Assembly: GCA_963422365.1 (NCBI GenBank)
Contig: OY729426.1
Span: 1,024,001-1,088,000 of the forward strand
Direction: 5' to 3'
Origin: Nitrospirales bacterium
GTDB lineage: Bacteria; Nitrospirota; Nitrospiria; Nitrospirales; UBA8639
DNA: 64,000 nt
Below are positions 1 to 9,742 of this stretch, in pieces. The notes below the pieces were generated by a model. That model was given only the letters and a program-made list of their open reading frames with translations. It was not told the origin of the DNA and made no database searches. Position numbers and translations under genes: made by a program. Numbering within the stretch: position 1 is the stretch's first letter; every line of letters starts with the position of its first letter.

Positions 1-162
1 CAGGTCGCGATTCAACGGGCGACATGGCACCGGGATTATTCCGAGATCGACCGCTTGCGGGAACTGCTGTGCCACCCGTTCGATGACCAACCCGAGATGA
101 ACGAGTATGCTGCTCCGCCGCCGGATTGGGGAAAGCAGCTTGTGTTGAGCTGTTCGTCGTAG
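1..162 (+). CDS. selO: Protein adenylyltransferase SelO/YdiU, C-terminal part (runs off window start)
   Basis: Frame +1 reads QVAIQRATWHRDYSEIDRLRELLCHPFDDQPEMNEYAAPPPDWGKQLVLSCSS*, the characteristic YdiU/SelO ending (PFD...PP.W...SCSS). Confidence 0.85.
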   Translation, partial: QVAIQRATWHRDYSEIDRLRELLCHPFDDQPEMNEYAAPPPDWGKQLVLSCSS

Positions 163-223
163 CCGTGGGGCTCGCTCTGACGGACACGATCCTTCCTGTC
201 GCTTCCCTCATAATCAGCATGAG

Positions 224-910
224 ATGATACGAGGCGTTCTTCTTTTACTCATGATCATGGCCGTGTTGCTTGGACCGCAGTTGTGGACCAAATGGGTCTT
301 CAAGAAATATCGCGGTCATCGTGAGGATTATTCAGGGACAGGTGGTGAACTGGCCAGGCATTTGCTCGATCGCTTCGAGATGTCTCACGTGCAGGTGGAG
401 ACGACGGAACTCGGCGATCACTATGACCCATTAGCCAAAGCGGTGCGGTTGCTCCCGGATCACTATCACGGCAAATCTTTGACCGCGGTGACGGTCGCGG
501 CGCATGAAGTGGGACACGCCATTCAAGATCGAACAGGGTACGGTCCGCTGCAAGAACGCACCAAACTCATTCGGTTGGCGCAAAGGGCGGAAAAGGTCGG
601 GTCCTTCGTCATGATCGGGATTCCTCTCGTCGCCGGGCTGACCCGTTCACCGGCCGGCGGATTGTTGGTGCTGCTCGCGGGGCTTGCCGTGATGTCCATC
701 GGGGCGTTGGTGCATCTCGTGACCTTGCCCGTGGAATGGGATGCCAGCTTTCGCCGGGCGCTTCCGATCCTCAAGCAAGGTCACTATGTTCCGCCGAAGG
801 ATATGGAAGGGGCTCGAAAAATCTTAACGGCTGCTGCGCTGACGTACGTGGCGGCGTCGCTGGGCGGGTTGTTGAATATCTGGCGGTGGATCATGATCAT
901 GCGACGGTAA
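224..910 (+). CDS. Membrane zinc metallopeptidase (YugP/Zn_peptidase_2 family)
   Basis: LGDHYDP, AAHEVGHAIQD zinc motif, VTLPVEWDAS and AAALTYVAA. Confidence 0.9.
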   Translation: MIRGVLLLLMIMAVLLGPQLWTKWVFKKYRGHREDYSGTGGELARHLLDRFEMSHVQVETTELGDHYDPLAKAVRLLPDHYHGKSLTAVTVAAHEVGHAIQDRTGYGPLQERTKLIRLAQRAEKVGSFVMIGIPLVAGLTRSPAGGLLVLLAGLAVMSIGALVHLVTLPVEWDASFRRALPILKQGHYVPPKDMEGARKILTAAALTYVAASLGGLLNIWRWIMIMRR

Positions 911-1043
911 GAGGGATGTTCAATGCCAAGAAGGAAATGATTGTATACAGGGTTTTGCCCCCACACGACAAGGCCTTTTTGTTTCGGCAAAAGGGACCCC
1001 CAAACCAGTTTCGCCCGGGCGTGGCCACCCGCAGTGTGTACCT

Positions 1044-1096
1044 GTAGGGCCGCCTCTCATGCGGCCAAGAAAAGGCACGATAAGATCCCACCCTAC
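1044..1096. repeat. GTAG-type REP/REPIN-like element
   Basis: GTAGGG...CCCTAC termini with internal hairpin GGCCGC-ctctcat-GCGGCC, intergenic. Confidence 0.5.
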
Positions 1097-1181
1097 AAAT
1101 GCTCAAACAGTCCTCGCCGAATCGTCGGATTCGGCGCCGGGTACGCCGCGCCCAGGCGGGGGGATAGACGTCATTCCTCTG

Positions 1182-1271
1182 TGTCATTCCCGACGTTTAC
1201 AATCGGGAATCCACACGCCTGAAGGGCGAGGGTGAAAAGATGGATCCCCGCTTACCCCTGCGGGGATGACA
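1182..1271. repeat. TGTCAT-terminated palindromic (MITE/REP-like) element
   Basis: TGTCATTCCCGA..TCGGGAAT hairpin and ATCCCCGC..GCGGGGATGACA hairpin in inverted orientation. Confidence 0.7.
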
Positions 1272-1276
1272 GCTAT

Positions 1277-1360
1277 GTAGGTTGGATTAGCGCAGCCCCA
1301 CATCCACGAGGGCTGGCATATTCCGTTCTGTCTGGTTATGCTTTCGCTAACCCGACCTGC
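1277..1360. repeat. GTAG-type REPIN-like doublet
   Basis: GTAGGTTGGATTAGCG ... CGCTAACCCGACCTGC imperfect terminal inverted repeat; related copy at 43303. Confidence 0.65.
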
Positions 1361-1444
1361 GATGCTGAACGTGATGCCTCTTCCAGGCCGCATGAGATGC
1401 GGCCGCTACCAATCAGGAGAGGCACGCAAGGCGCTTCACGTCTT

Positions 1445-1753
1445 TCAAACTTCTGAAAGCTTGCGAAGCGCCGTTTCCGCTGGCGTTTCCAGCTTCTTCT
1501 CTCGATTGCACTCGGGACATGCCGGTACGATGTTTCCCTTGGTCGATTTCCCGCCGCGGGCCAGCGGCACCACGTGGTCCATTGACAGTCGGTCCGGCTG
1601 AAACGGGTTGCCGCAGTAGTGGCAGACGCCTTTGTGCAGTTGCTGTTTCCACCAGGGCGTCCGTTTGAGTGCTCTGGCCTTGTCCCGCTCTTTGCAAATC
1701 CGTTTGGCGGTGTCCGGGTCAGAATCGATTTCAAAGTAGGGTTCGAGGGACAT
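1445..1753 (-). CDS. HNH endonuclease family protein
   Basis: CHYC...MDHVVPLARGGKSTKGNIVPACPECN; start moved to MSLEPYF after an AGGAG RBS. Confidence 0.9.
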   Translation of the reverse strand: MSLEPYFEIDSDPDTAKRICKERDKARALKRTPWWKQQLHKGVCHYCGNPFQPDRLSMDHVVPLARGGKSTKGNIVPACPECNREKKLETPAETALRKLSEV

Positions 1754-1973
1754 GAGGGCTATCTGTGCTACTCCTTCCTTACAAAGGAGGGAGTTAGGAT
1801 GCAGTCTGCGCATGCGCAGCTTAAAGGAGTTCCCCGAATTTTTCACGTGTCTTCTGCGTGCTTGAACGGCCACGCCGCGTTGGAGGCGAGCAGGCCCATG
1901 CCTCTCTCATCGATAGGTTCAGAGAAGGGACATTCCTCTAGCGACGGATCAGGGCAGATGGTATACTGCTGGA

Positions 1974-2615
1974 ATGTACCGCCTAGGACAACGGAAACGA
2001 CCCCTCGGGTTCACGAGTAGCTTGGTGGTGACGCTTTTACTGGGCGGGGTGAGTTGGGCCGGGGCCGAGATCGGCAACGGCGTGTTCCAAGGATTCCTCC
2101 ACCACATCGCCCGGCAGATTACCAAGGACAAAGTTGATTTTGCGGTTGCGGAGTCTTGTACTTCGTGGTTTTATCAACAATTACGAAAGCCCCCCACGGT
2201 TCGCCCTGATGTTCAGCGTCTTTCTTTTTCCGTTGCTGACGAAGGGCCCGATTCCCACGCCTGTGCCAGTCGATACCTTGGAATCAATGAAGCGCGTGAA
2301 GCCTTTGCACAAAGCCAATCCATCCTCTCGTTAAGCCTGACGTTTTATCAATTGGCGTTGGTGGCTGATTGGGATGATGATGGGCGCTATGATGCGAGAG
2401 AGCTCAGCGATATATTGGCATCCCTGAATGTGGCGCTGTTGCACGGCGATCCTCCCCTTCAGCTTCTTGCAAAGCTGAAGGGAAAATTCGACGACGTTCG
2501 TGAGACGGTCGAGTTCACGATACTGACCGATAGCATGCAGGCGCTTTACAGCAAAGGGTACCGGTTCACCAGTAGGGATCAGGCTGCGATGGGCCGCGTG
2601 ACCGGAGCGCCCTGA
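1974..2615 (+). CDS. Hypothetical exported protein (EF-hand-like DWDDDGRYD motif)
   Basis: 213-aa ORF with signal-peptide-like N-terminus. Confidence 0.6.
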   Translation: MYRLGQRKRPLGFTSSLVVTLLLGGVSWAGAEIGNGVFQGFLHHIARQITKDKVDFAVAESCTSWFYQQLRKPPTVRPDVQRLSFSVADEGPDSHACASRYLGINEAREAFAQSQSILSLSLTFYQLALVADWDDDGRYDARELSDILASLNVALLHGDPPLQLLAKLKGKFDDVRETVEFTILTDSMQALYSKGYRFTSRDQAAMGRVTGAP

Positions 2616-2633
2616 CTCCCCGTTGCGTCCCCG

Positions 2634-3287
2634 TTAACCCATTCGTTCGACCGCTTCTCTTGAGCGGCTCCGCACGGTCTGGTCCCAGTCTTCCTTCATC
2701 GTATATTCCAACTTGGTTTTGGCTTCCGTGGCGCGCATGCGGCCCAGAGCCAGCGCCGCAGATCCCCGAACGTACGCGTGATCGTCTTCTAACGCGTTCA
2801 TTAACAGCGGGATGCTTTTTCGATGTTGCACGACTCCTAGGTAACTGACGGCCATGCCCCGCATACGGTGTTGTTTGTCACCAAGGGATCGTTTGAATGT
2901 AGACAGGAAGACCTCTGCCATGTCTTGGGCGACACTGTCCAACCCCTCCAGTTGATACTCGTTGAGTTCGATGAGTTCGCTGGCCAAATCAAACCGCTTT
3001 CGCGGGGCCTTTTCACGGGAAAATTTTTGAAGGAGCATGGCTCGCCGTTTCGTTTTGTTTTTCGCACGCTTGACCTTGCGAATGTTCACCCACGTGATGA
3101 GCATGAGCGCGAACGCCAGCAACAGGACGGGGACGACTTCATCGATAATAACGTCTTGCGTGTCGAAGTCCAAATGGTTCCAAATCCAGACCCCGCCGAC
3201 GAGAAGAATGAGCAGGACCAAAGCCATGGTGAGGTTGGCTTGTCCCTGTTGGTTGTCGAGATGAGATGATGGTGCGTCGGTGGCCAT
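2634..3287 (-). CDS. Membrane-anchored HEAT-repeat protein
   Basis: Two TM segments then HEAT repeats (LMNALEDDHAYVRGSAALALG); start moved to MATDAPS. Confidence 0.8.
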   Translation of the reverse strand: MATDAPSSHLDNQQGQANLTMALVLLILLVGGVWIWNHLDFDTQDVIIDEVVPVLLLAFALMLITWVNIRKVKRAKNKTKRRAMLLQKFSREKAPRKRFDLASELIELNEYQLEGLDSVAQDMAEVFLSTFKRSLGDKQHRMRGMAVSYLGVVQHRKSIPLLMNALEDDHAYVRGSAALALGRMRATEAKTKLEYTMKEDWDQTVRSRSREAVERMG

Positions 3288-3315
3288 GACGCCAACGGAG
3301 TTGTTCAGGAAGCTG

Positions 3316-4224
3316 CTAGTGCAAGTTTGAGAGATTCTCTCTGTTTTCAAGAGTGGTGAGAAGCCGACGAAATCGCTGGCTGTGCGTGGCCTCTTGACGG
3401 GTTTCGTAAATGGCGATGAGGTTGCGAAGCATGCGAGCGAGGATTTGGGCATGAGAGCAGGGTTCGAGATAGCGATGCTCAAACGCGACGCCATGTTCCT
3501 CTACCAATCGCGCACAATCCTTTTCCGTGAGCAGTGCCCCGTGGTGAAAACAATCGATGAACACGGGTTCCGTCTGCAGCCTGACGAGAAAATGTCCCGG
3601 CAGGCCGACCCCGGACACCGGCACGTGGAGCCGTTGCCCCAGGAGTACATACAGAACCGATAAACTGATCGGGATTCCGACACGCTCGTCGATGACGCGA
3701 TGTAGAAAACTATTGTTGGGGTCGTAGTACTGTTGGGTGTTCCCTCGAAACCGCAGGGTGTGAAACAGATACTCGTTCATGCTGCGCACGACTTGAAGAG
3801 GGGGGTGTGATGAGCGCGGGGTGAGCTCGGCGGCCATGTCGTCTAGGCGCTGCCGATAGGGGGCCGTCTCCAATTGGGGGTCCCTTGCCTGGGCAATGAG
3901 AAAGGCCCCGGCTTCCAGGTCAAGCTCCTGCTCCGAAGGCGTCACCAGCGTGTCCCAGTGCCGTTCAATGTCTGCTTGGGTAATATCTGCGATGATGGCG
4001 TGGATGCGTTGGGCCAGGGAAGGATCGTCGGAATCCAGGAAGGCTTGTCGGAGAAAGGGCAGGGCCTCGCGGCCCACGTCGATGAGGTATTGGTGAATTT
4101 GCCGGGCGACGTGCTGGTCTTGATCGGAGAGCAGGTGGAGTAATGCTTCGATTTTCGTCGCGGATTGTTCAGGGGCGGAAGACGGCGTTTTCTTCATCAC
4201 GGTCCATGAGGTGCCGGGTTTCAC
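3316..4224 (-). CDS. SirB1/transglutaminase-like (Transglut_core2) protein
   Basis: FRGNTQQYYDPNNSFL...GIPISLS...GVGLPGHFL...ILARMLRNL. Confidence 0.85.
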   Translation of the reverse strand: MKPGTSWTVMKKTPSSAPEQSATKIEALLHLLSDQDQHVARQIHQYLIDVGREALPFLRQAFLDSDDPSLAQRIHAIIADITQADIERHWDTLVTPSEQELDLEAGAFLIAQARDPQLETAPYRQRLDDMAAELTPRSSHPPLQVVRSMNEYLFHTLRFRGNTQQYYDPNNSFLHRVIDERVGIPISLSVLYVLLGQRLHVPVSGVGLPGHFLVRLQTEPVFIDCFHHGALLTEKDCARLVEEHGVAFEHRYLEPCSHAQILARMLRNLIAIYETRQEATHSQRFRRLLTTLENRENLSNLH

Positions 4225-4230
4225 GCAAGA

Positions 4231-5016
4231 CTAGCCAATTGCTCGACGGAAGGCTTTGGCCCCTCCGTATAAGCACACGGCATCAAAAATTACCAGTATG
4301 ACAAAGGCCAGGACGACTTGAGGGATGGCTGCGTCCCATCCCGTGATAATGAGCGGACGGACGGCATCGATGACCCAGGTCATCGGATTCACCAGTGCCA
4401 GTGCTTGCATCCATCCTGGCATGGCTGACAGGGGCACGAGCGCTGAGCTGAGAAAAATCATGGGAAGGGAAAGAAAGCCCAGCAAGGAAAAGAAATCTCC
4501 ATGGCTTTTGACGGAAAACGCGATGCCCATTGAAATGGCGGTGAGACCCACGCCGAATAACATCCCGATCGCCAGAATCAGGGCGATGCCCAGCAGACCC
4601 GTTTCGAGGCGCACGCCAAAGACGAACGCGATACTCAGAATGACTAAAATTTGCATCCCGGTAATGGCCATCACAAAGAGGTAGCGACTGAGGATCACGG
4701 AAGATCGGTGAATGGGCGTGGACATCATGCGTTCTAAAAACCCGTTTTCTTTATCAAACAAGAGATCGACGCCGCCGGCTAATCCATTATTGAGGACCGT
4801 CATGACGACCACCCCGCCTGCCAGGAAACTCATATAGTTCGGGGCCTGGAGAATTTGGATATTAGCGGCGTGTTGAAAAAGGCTGCCGAAGAAGATCAGC
4901 CAAAACAGCATGGGTTGGACCAGGGTAAACAGCATGCTGAATTTTTCTCGGCTGAGTCGGCGAACCCATCTCATCGTCAAGGCAAGTACTTCTTGTTTGT
5001 AGTGTTGGATCGTCAT
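4231..5016 (-). CDS. ABC-2 type exporter permease
   Basis: About six TM segments, DKENGFLERMMSTP, NPMTW motif. Confidence 0.9.
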   Translation of the reverse strand: MTIQHYKQEVLALTMRWVRRLSREKFSMLFTLVQPMLFWLIFFGSLFQHAANIQILQAPNYMSFLAGGVVVMTVLNNGLAGGVDLLFDKENGFLERMMSTPIHRSSVILSRYLFVMAITGMQILVILSIAFVFGVRLETGLLGIALILAIGMLFGVGLTAISMGIAFSVKSHGDFFSLLGFLSLPMIFLSSALVPLSAMPGWMQALALVNPMTWVIDAVRPLIITGWDAAIPQVVLAFVILVIFDAVCLYGGAKAFRRAIG

Positions 5017-5036
5017 GGTGTTTCGGTAAGTCTTGG

Positions 5037-6017
5037 CTATTCCTCTGCGACGTCCGGAGCGCCCCCTTGTAACCCATGCCCGGTATAGGCGATGAACACG
5101 TCATCCAGTCGGGGACGATGATACTCAATCCCATCAGGGTGACAATCAAGGCGGTGCGCGATCTCAAGAACGGCCGGGAGGGATTTTTCCGGAGATTCCA
5201 CGCGAATATTCAGGCTATTTGCTTTGATGCGCACGTCACGCACAAAGGGCAAGGCTGTGACCTCTTCGCTCAGACGAGGGAGTTTTTCCGCTCCGGTTTC
5301 CTTGATCGTCAACGACAAACTATCGCCACCTAATCCGGTCTTCAATTCTATCGGTGACCCGATGACCCGAATGGCCCCGCCATCGATGATCGCGAGTCGA
5401 TCGCACAGTTGGTCGGCTTCTTCCAGATAATTGGTCGTCATGACGATGGTGATCCCTCTCTCACGGAGTTGCCGAATGTAGTCCCATATCCGAAGACGAC
5501 TTTGGACGTCCAACCCTAAGGTCGGTTCGTCCAAAAACACAATTTTGGGATTGGGGAGCAACCCGCACGCAATATCCAGTTTACGCTTCATGCCCCCGGA
5601 ATAGGTTTTGGCTACACGGTCCGCGTGGTCTTCGAGATCGACGAGTTTCAATAGTTCGGCAATCCGTGGTTTTGTGTCCTTTGGGGAAAGATGGTAGAGC
5701 CCGCCTAACAGCTCGAGATGTTCGCGACCGGTCAGAAATCGATCGACGGCCCGTTCCTGCGGCACATAGCCGATCAGGCTTCTGACGGTATCGGCCTCGG
5801 TCACGACGTTATGCCCCAGCACCGTTGCCGTTCCGGCAGAGGGGGGCAACACGGTGATCAAAATACGCAGGGTCGTGCTTTTCCCTGCGCCGTTGGGGCC
5901 TAGGATTCCAAAGATTTCACCGGCACGAACCGTGAACGTCAGATTCTCGATGGCTGTGACCGAGCCAAAGGTTTTCCCTAACTGTGCAGCTTCGATCACG
6001 ATGGCGGAATTTATCAT
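5037..6017 (-). CDS. ABC exporter ATP-binding protein (DrrA-like)
   Basis: GPNGAGKST, YSGGMKRKL, FLDEPTLGLD. Confidence 0.95.
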   Translation of the reverse strand: MINSAIVIEAAQLGKTFGSVTAIENLTFTVRAGEIFGILGPNGAGKSTTLRILITVLPPSAGTATVLGHNVVTEADTVRSLIGYVPQERAVDRFLTGREHLELLGGLYHLSPKDTKPRIAELLKLVDLEDHADRVAKTYSGGMKRKLDIACGLLPNPKIVFLDEPTLGLDVQSRLRIWDYIRQLRERGITIVMTTNYLEEADQLCDRLAIIDGGAIRVIGSPIELKTGLGGDSLSLTIKETGAEKLPRLSEEVTALPFVRDVRIKANSLNIRVESPEKSLPAVLEIAHRLDCHPDGIEYHRPRLDDVFIAYTGHGLQGGAPDVAEE

Positions 6018-6019
6018 CC

Positions 6020-6682
6020 TTACCTTGATAAGTGCGTTTTGCTATCGAGTTTAAACGTCAAGAGGTCGATTAAGCGGCGGGTTTGTTGATGCAGGCTTTC
6101 GGCTTCGAGCAGGAACTGTTTTTCTAGCGGTGTCAAGTCTAAGCACGAGGAAAGACTATTCACAAGCACGGGATCCGTCATGGAGGCCTTGGTCATCAGC
6201 TGACAGAGTTCGTTGGCCTTTCGTGACTGGAGGTAGCGTATCGCTAACGCCATCAGGGTTGCGCGAACGGAATCTTCGGTAATCGCTTGAAACGGTTCAC
6301 TCGGCCCCAACGTGATTTTGGCTTTGCGATACCGCGCATCAAAAAATTCTTTTTCAATCGTATACCGATGCAAGCCTTGCAGGATCAGGTTTGAACGACC
6401 ATCCTGGAGCGGCTGTAGATGTGTAATGCGCCCTACACACCCTAGAGGAAAGACAGGTGGATTGCCATCATACTTCTTTTCCCACCCTTGCTTGAATAAC
6501 ACCATGCCGATACAGACGCCCTCCTGACTGGCCTCTGCGACCATGTCCCGATAGCGAGGCTCGAAAATATGAAGCGGCAAGTAGGTATCGGGAAACAGCA
6601 CCACATTGGAAAGCGGGAAGATCGGAATGATCTCCGGAATGGGAAATGTCTTTGAAGGGGGAGTGTCATTTAATGCAGGCAT
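6020..6682 (-). CDS. LON peptidase substrate-binding domain protein
   Basis: IPIFPL..VVLFP...LPLHIFEPRYRDMV. Confidence 0.9.
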   Translation of the reverse strand: MPALNDTPPSKTFPIPEIIPIFPLSNVVLFPDTYLPLHIFEPRYRDMVAEASQEGVCIGMVLFKQGWEKKYDGNPPVFPLGCVGRITHLQPLQDGRSNLILQGLHRYTIEKEFFDARYRKAKITLGPSEPFQAITEDSVRATLMALAIRYLQSRKANELCQLMTKASMTDPVLVNSLSSCLDLTPLEKQFLLEAESLHQQTRRLIDLLTFKLDSKTHLSR

Positions 6683-6879
6683 GCGGTACGATAGACGACG
6701 CTCAAAAGCCTTGTCAACGTTGTGATGCTCTGATGGATTGGTTGCTGAATGACAAATTTTCTCTCCAGGAAACCCGATTGTGCAGTCTCTGTTCGGATGT
6801 TCTCGGCCTCGACCAGGAAACCCCGCAGCACGAACGTTCGTGTCGTGACGGGTAGAATTTAGGGGGAGGGTGAAGCGGA

Positions 6880-8046
6880 ATGCCGGGACGGCGTGACGGG
6901 GTGATCAGTCTTTTCTGTGCGCTATCAACGATTTTCAGCGTGCCGATAGGGGCCGCACCTGCCCATGTCTCGTCGGTGAGCGTGGTCCCGGCACAGCCTG
7001 GGTATACCTATACCTTTCCCCGTGATCATGGCTCGCATGAGCACTATGGTCTGGAGTGGTGGTACGTCACCGGCCACGTCTATGACCGGTCAGCGCGACG
7101 ATTCGGCTATGAAGTCACGTTTTTCCGCAAGACCGTCGATGATCCGCGTGTCCACAAGCACCCATCCCGCTGGGCGTTACGGCAACTGTATTTCGCACAC
7201 TTCGCCTTAACCGACGTCGAGGGGGCCACCTTTCGATTTTCCGAAAAATTGAGTCGAGCGGCTTTTGGGAAAGCCGGAGCCGACCCCGATCGGATGAAGG
7301 TCTGGATCGACCGCTGGACCCTGGAATCCGTGACCGAGGATCATCACCAGTTGCATCTCACGGCGAAGGATTCCGGATTCGGCGTCGATTTCACGCTCAC
7401 CCCGAATAAACCGCCCGTTATCCATGGACAAGAAGGGATCAGTCGAAAGGGCGTCGATCCTGGCCAAGCGTCACACTATTATTCACTCACCCGCTTAGCG
7501 ACTCAGGGCATCATCTGGGTTCGCGGCGAACCATTCGAGGTCACAGGGAACAGTTGGATGGACCATGAATTCGGATCCGGTGCACTAGGCGAGGATCAAG
7601 TCGGATGGGATTGGTTTAGCGTGCAATTGGACTCGAATGTCGAATTCATGCTCTATCTCTTGCGTAGACAAAACGGGTCTCATGATCCGATGTCGAGCGG
7701 GACGTTGATCTTTCCGGATGGAACGAGCCGGCATCTGCAACGAACGGACTTCGTGGTTCGAACGTGGCATCAGTGGACCAGCCCGTCAAGCCATGCGCAA
7801 TACCCTGCGAAATGGACACTGGAAATTCCGTCGGTTCCGCTTCACGTGACGGTGACTCCAGTCCTGTCCGATCAGGAGCTGCGAACCGAACACAGTACAC
7901 GGGTGACGTATTGGGAAGGTGCGGTCGACGTGCGCGGCCACTACCGGAATGCGCCTATTGCAGGGAACGGGTACGTCGAACTTACCGGATATGCGAACCC
8001 GCGTGAATTCGACCGTCGTTCACGCAACCACCCTCTGAGCCCATGA
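6880..8046 (+). CDS. Lipocalin-like/CrtC-AttH family secreted hydrolase
   Basis: FPRDHGSH..EWWY, SHYYS, WMDHEF, GWDWFS, YWEG, GYVELTGY. Confidence 0.9.
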   Translation: MPGRRDGVISLFCALSTIFSVPIGAAPAHVSSVSVVPAQPGYTYTFPRDHGSHEHYGLEWWYVTGHVYDRSARRFGYEVTFFRKTVDDPRVHKHPSRWALRQLYFAHFALTDVEGATFRFSEKLSRAAFGKAGADPDRMKVWIDRWTLESVTEDHHQLHLTAKDSGFGVDFTLTPNKPPVIHGQEGISRKGVDPGQASHYYSLTRLATQGIIWVRGEPFEVTGNSWMDHEFGSGALGEDQVGWDWFSVQLDSNVEFMLYLLRRQNGSHDPMSSGTLIFPDGTSRHLQRTDFVVRTWHQWTSPSSHAQYPAKWTLEIPSVPLHVTVTPVLSDQELRTEHSTRVTYWEGAVDVRGHYRNAPIAGNGYVELTGYANPREFDRRSRNHPLSP

Positions 8047-9071
8047 CGACCGTCGTTCGACATGCCGTCATCTTTTCGATGCTGGTGAGCATGCTGGTGG
8101 GATGTAGTCAGCGAAGCGATCGAGTGGTCTCAGTCGTGGTGCATCCCAACAAGCCGAAGCTTGTCTATGTGGCGACGCAAGAAGCCGTGTATAAAACCAG
8201 AGACGGGGGGCATGTGTGGCAGCGTTTTTCAGAGGGGTTGAACCGCGTTCGGGTGATGAATGTGGCGATTGATCCGCAGCTTCCGGCTAATGTGTTTGTC
8301 GGAACGCTTGCCGATGGGGTGTACAAAAGTCCCGATGGGGGTCGACGTTGGCTTCCGCGAAATGCCGGCATCCAGAAAGGGACGATCTCTGCCAATGTCA
8401 ATCAACTGGTCTTCGATCCGACTGACTCACAAATCCTGTACGCGGCGACTACCGTTGGGGTGTTCCAAACGAAGGACGGCGGGCAGTCCTGGACGGAGCG
8501 CATGCAAGGCATGAACGAGATCAGTTTTATCGTGGCGTTGGCCGTCGATCCGGTTCGCCCCCATATTCTCTACGCGGGGACAAGCGGTGGGGTCTATCGC
8601 AGTGTTGATGGAGCAGACCATTGGACAAAGGCCAATAACGGGCTTGTCCCCGACGATGCCAAAATGGCTTCTATGGCCTTGGGCGTGAATGAATTGCTGA
8701 TCAACCCTGCTAATCCGGATGAGGTTTATGCGGGGACCACTCAAGGCGTGTTCAAAACTCTCAATAAAGGTGAGGTGTGGACGAGACTGGCGACCGACCT
8801 CGGAGAACTCTATGTGAGCAGTCTCGGGTTGGTCCTGGGAAAGGGGCATCACATCTATATGGGAACCAGCAGGGGAGTCTTTCAAAGCCGGGATGGCGGT
8901 CAAACATGGCGTGCCACCAATGCCGGGTTGGGCAACCTCAATATTCGAGCGATCGCCATGGACCCCCACAATGCACGCGTGCTCTACGTGGGAACAAATG
9001 GCCGTGGCCTCTTTCGCAGTCAAGATGGTGGTGAGTTCTGGGACCATATCCCCTTGGTGCCGAAACCGTAG
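8043..9071 (+). CDS. BNR/Asp-box beta-propeller lipoprotein (VPS10/Ycf48-like)
   Basis: Repeated S/T-x-DGG-x-x-W Asp boxes; lipobox LVGC. Confidence 0.85.
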   Translation: MTTVVRHAVIFSMLVSMLVGCSQRSDRVVSVVVHPNKPKLVYVATQEAVYKTRDGGHVWQRFSEGLNRVRVMNVAIDPQLPANVFVGTLADGVYKSPDGGRRWLPRNAGIQKGTISANVNQLVFDPTDSQILYAATTVGVFQTKDGGQSWTERMQGMNEISFIVALAVDPVRPHILYAGTSGGVYRSVDGADHWTKANNGLVPDDAKMASMALGVNELLINPANPDEVYAGTTQGVFKTLNKGEVWTRLATDLGELYVSSLGLVLGKGHHIYMGTSRGVFQSRDGGQTWRATNAGLGNLNIRAIAMDPHNARVLYVGTNGRGLFRSQDGGEFWDHIPLVPKP

Positions 9072-9092
9072 AGTGCGTGGCGGCCAGGAATT

Positions 9093-9471
9093 TGTTACCA
9101 ACGGGTAACGAAATTGCAGGGGATGGCCAATGTGTCGTCACGCTTCGATGTGCAGCTCAACTTCTAGGGTTTCGTTTCTTTTTGGCTCACCAAAGCCAAA
9201 AACATTTATCTAATATCCTCTGAGTACCGCTCAAATATTTTTCATGTCATATCGTGACGGCGTTATGGAGAGCTTAGAATAGTCATTGTGTCTTGCATGT
9301 TACCAAATCTAAACGTTCTAGGAGTAAGCAATTCAACCCGATGTCTCGTAGATGAAGTCAATCTATTGTTTTTATTGAAATAAAATTGAAAATTGAAAAA
9401 TATTCAAGAAGTTGCTTGTGGAGTCGTCTCTTTTGATCGTACAAGTCATTATGTGCTACCAATTGGAAACA
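9093..9471. promoter_or_regulatory. Three candidate activator-binding palindromes (about TGTTACC-N4-GGTAACA) upstream of nxrA
   Basis: 9093 TGTTACCAACGGGTAACG; 9298 TGTTACCAAATCTAAACG; 9454 TGCTACCAATTGGAAACA. Confidence 0.55.
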
Positions 9472-9516
9472 TCACGGAATATTCCTTGATTGCTTAGAAA
9501 ATACATTTATTTTTAT

Positions 9517-9529
9517 TTTCAATATGTTA
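9517..9529 (+). promoter_or_regulatory. IHF-like binding site
   Basis: TTTCAATATGTTA, one mismatch to WATCAANNNNTTR, in an AT-rich tract just upstream of the sigma-54 motif. Confidence 0.45.
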
Positions 9530-9554
9530 TGAATATTAAAAAAATCGTTCATGA

Positions 9555-9570
9555 TGGCGTGGAAATTGCT
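9555..9570 (+). promoter_or_regulatory. Sigma-54 (-24/-12) promoter of nxrAB
   Basis: TGGCGTGGAAATTGCT matches TGGC-N7-TTGCW with exact GG-N10-GC spacing. Confidence 0.8.
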
Positions 9571-9742
9571 TAAAAATAGATGAAGATGAAGTGCCATGAA
9601 TCAATAATTAATGAACCGATGATGAAGCAACAGTCAGGAAAGGGGGTGGTTGGGCAGAGTTTTTCCCCATTAGGGGTTTTTCAATTAATCCATTCCACGT
9701 TAGGCCGACATGGATCGGCCTTTACACGAGGAGGTATTCACA

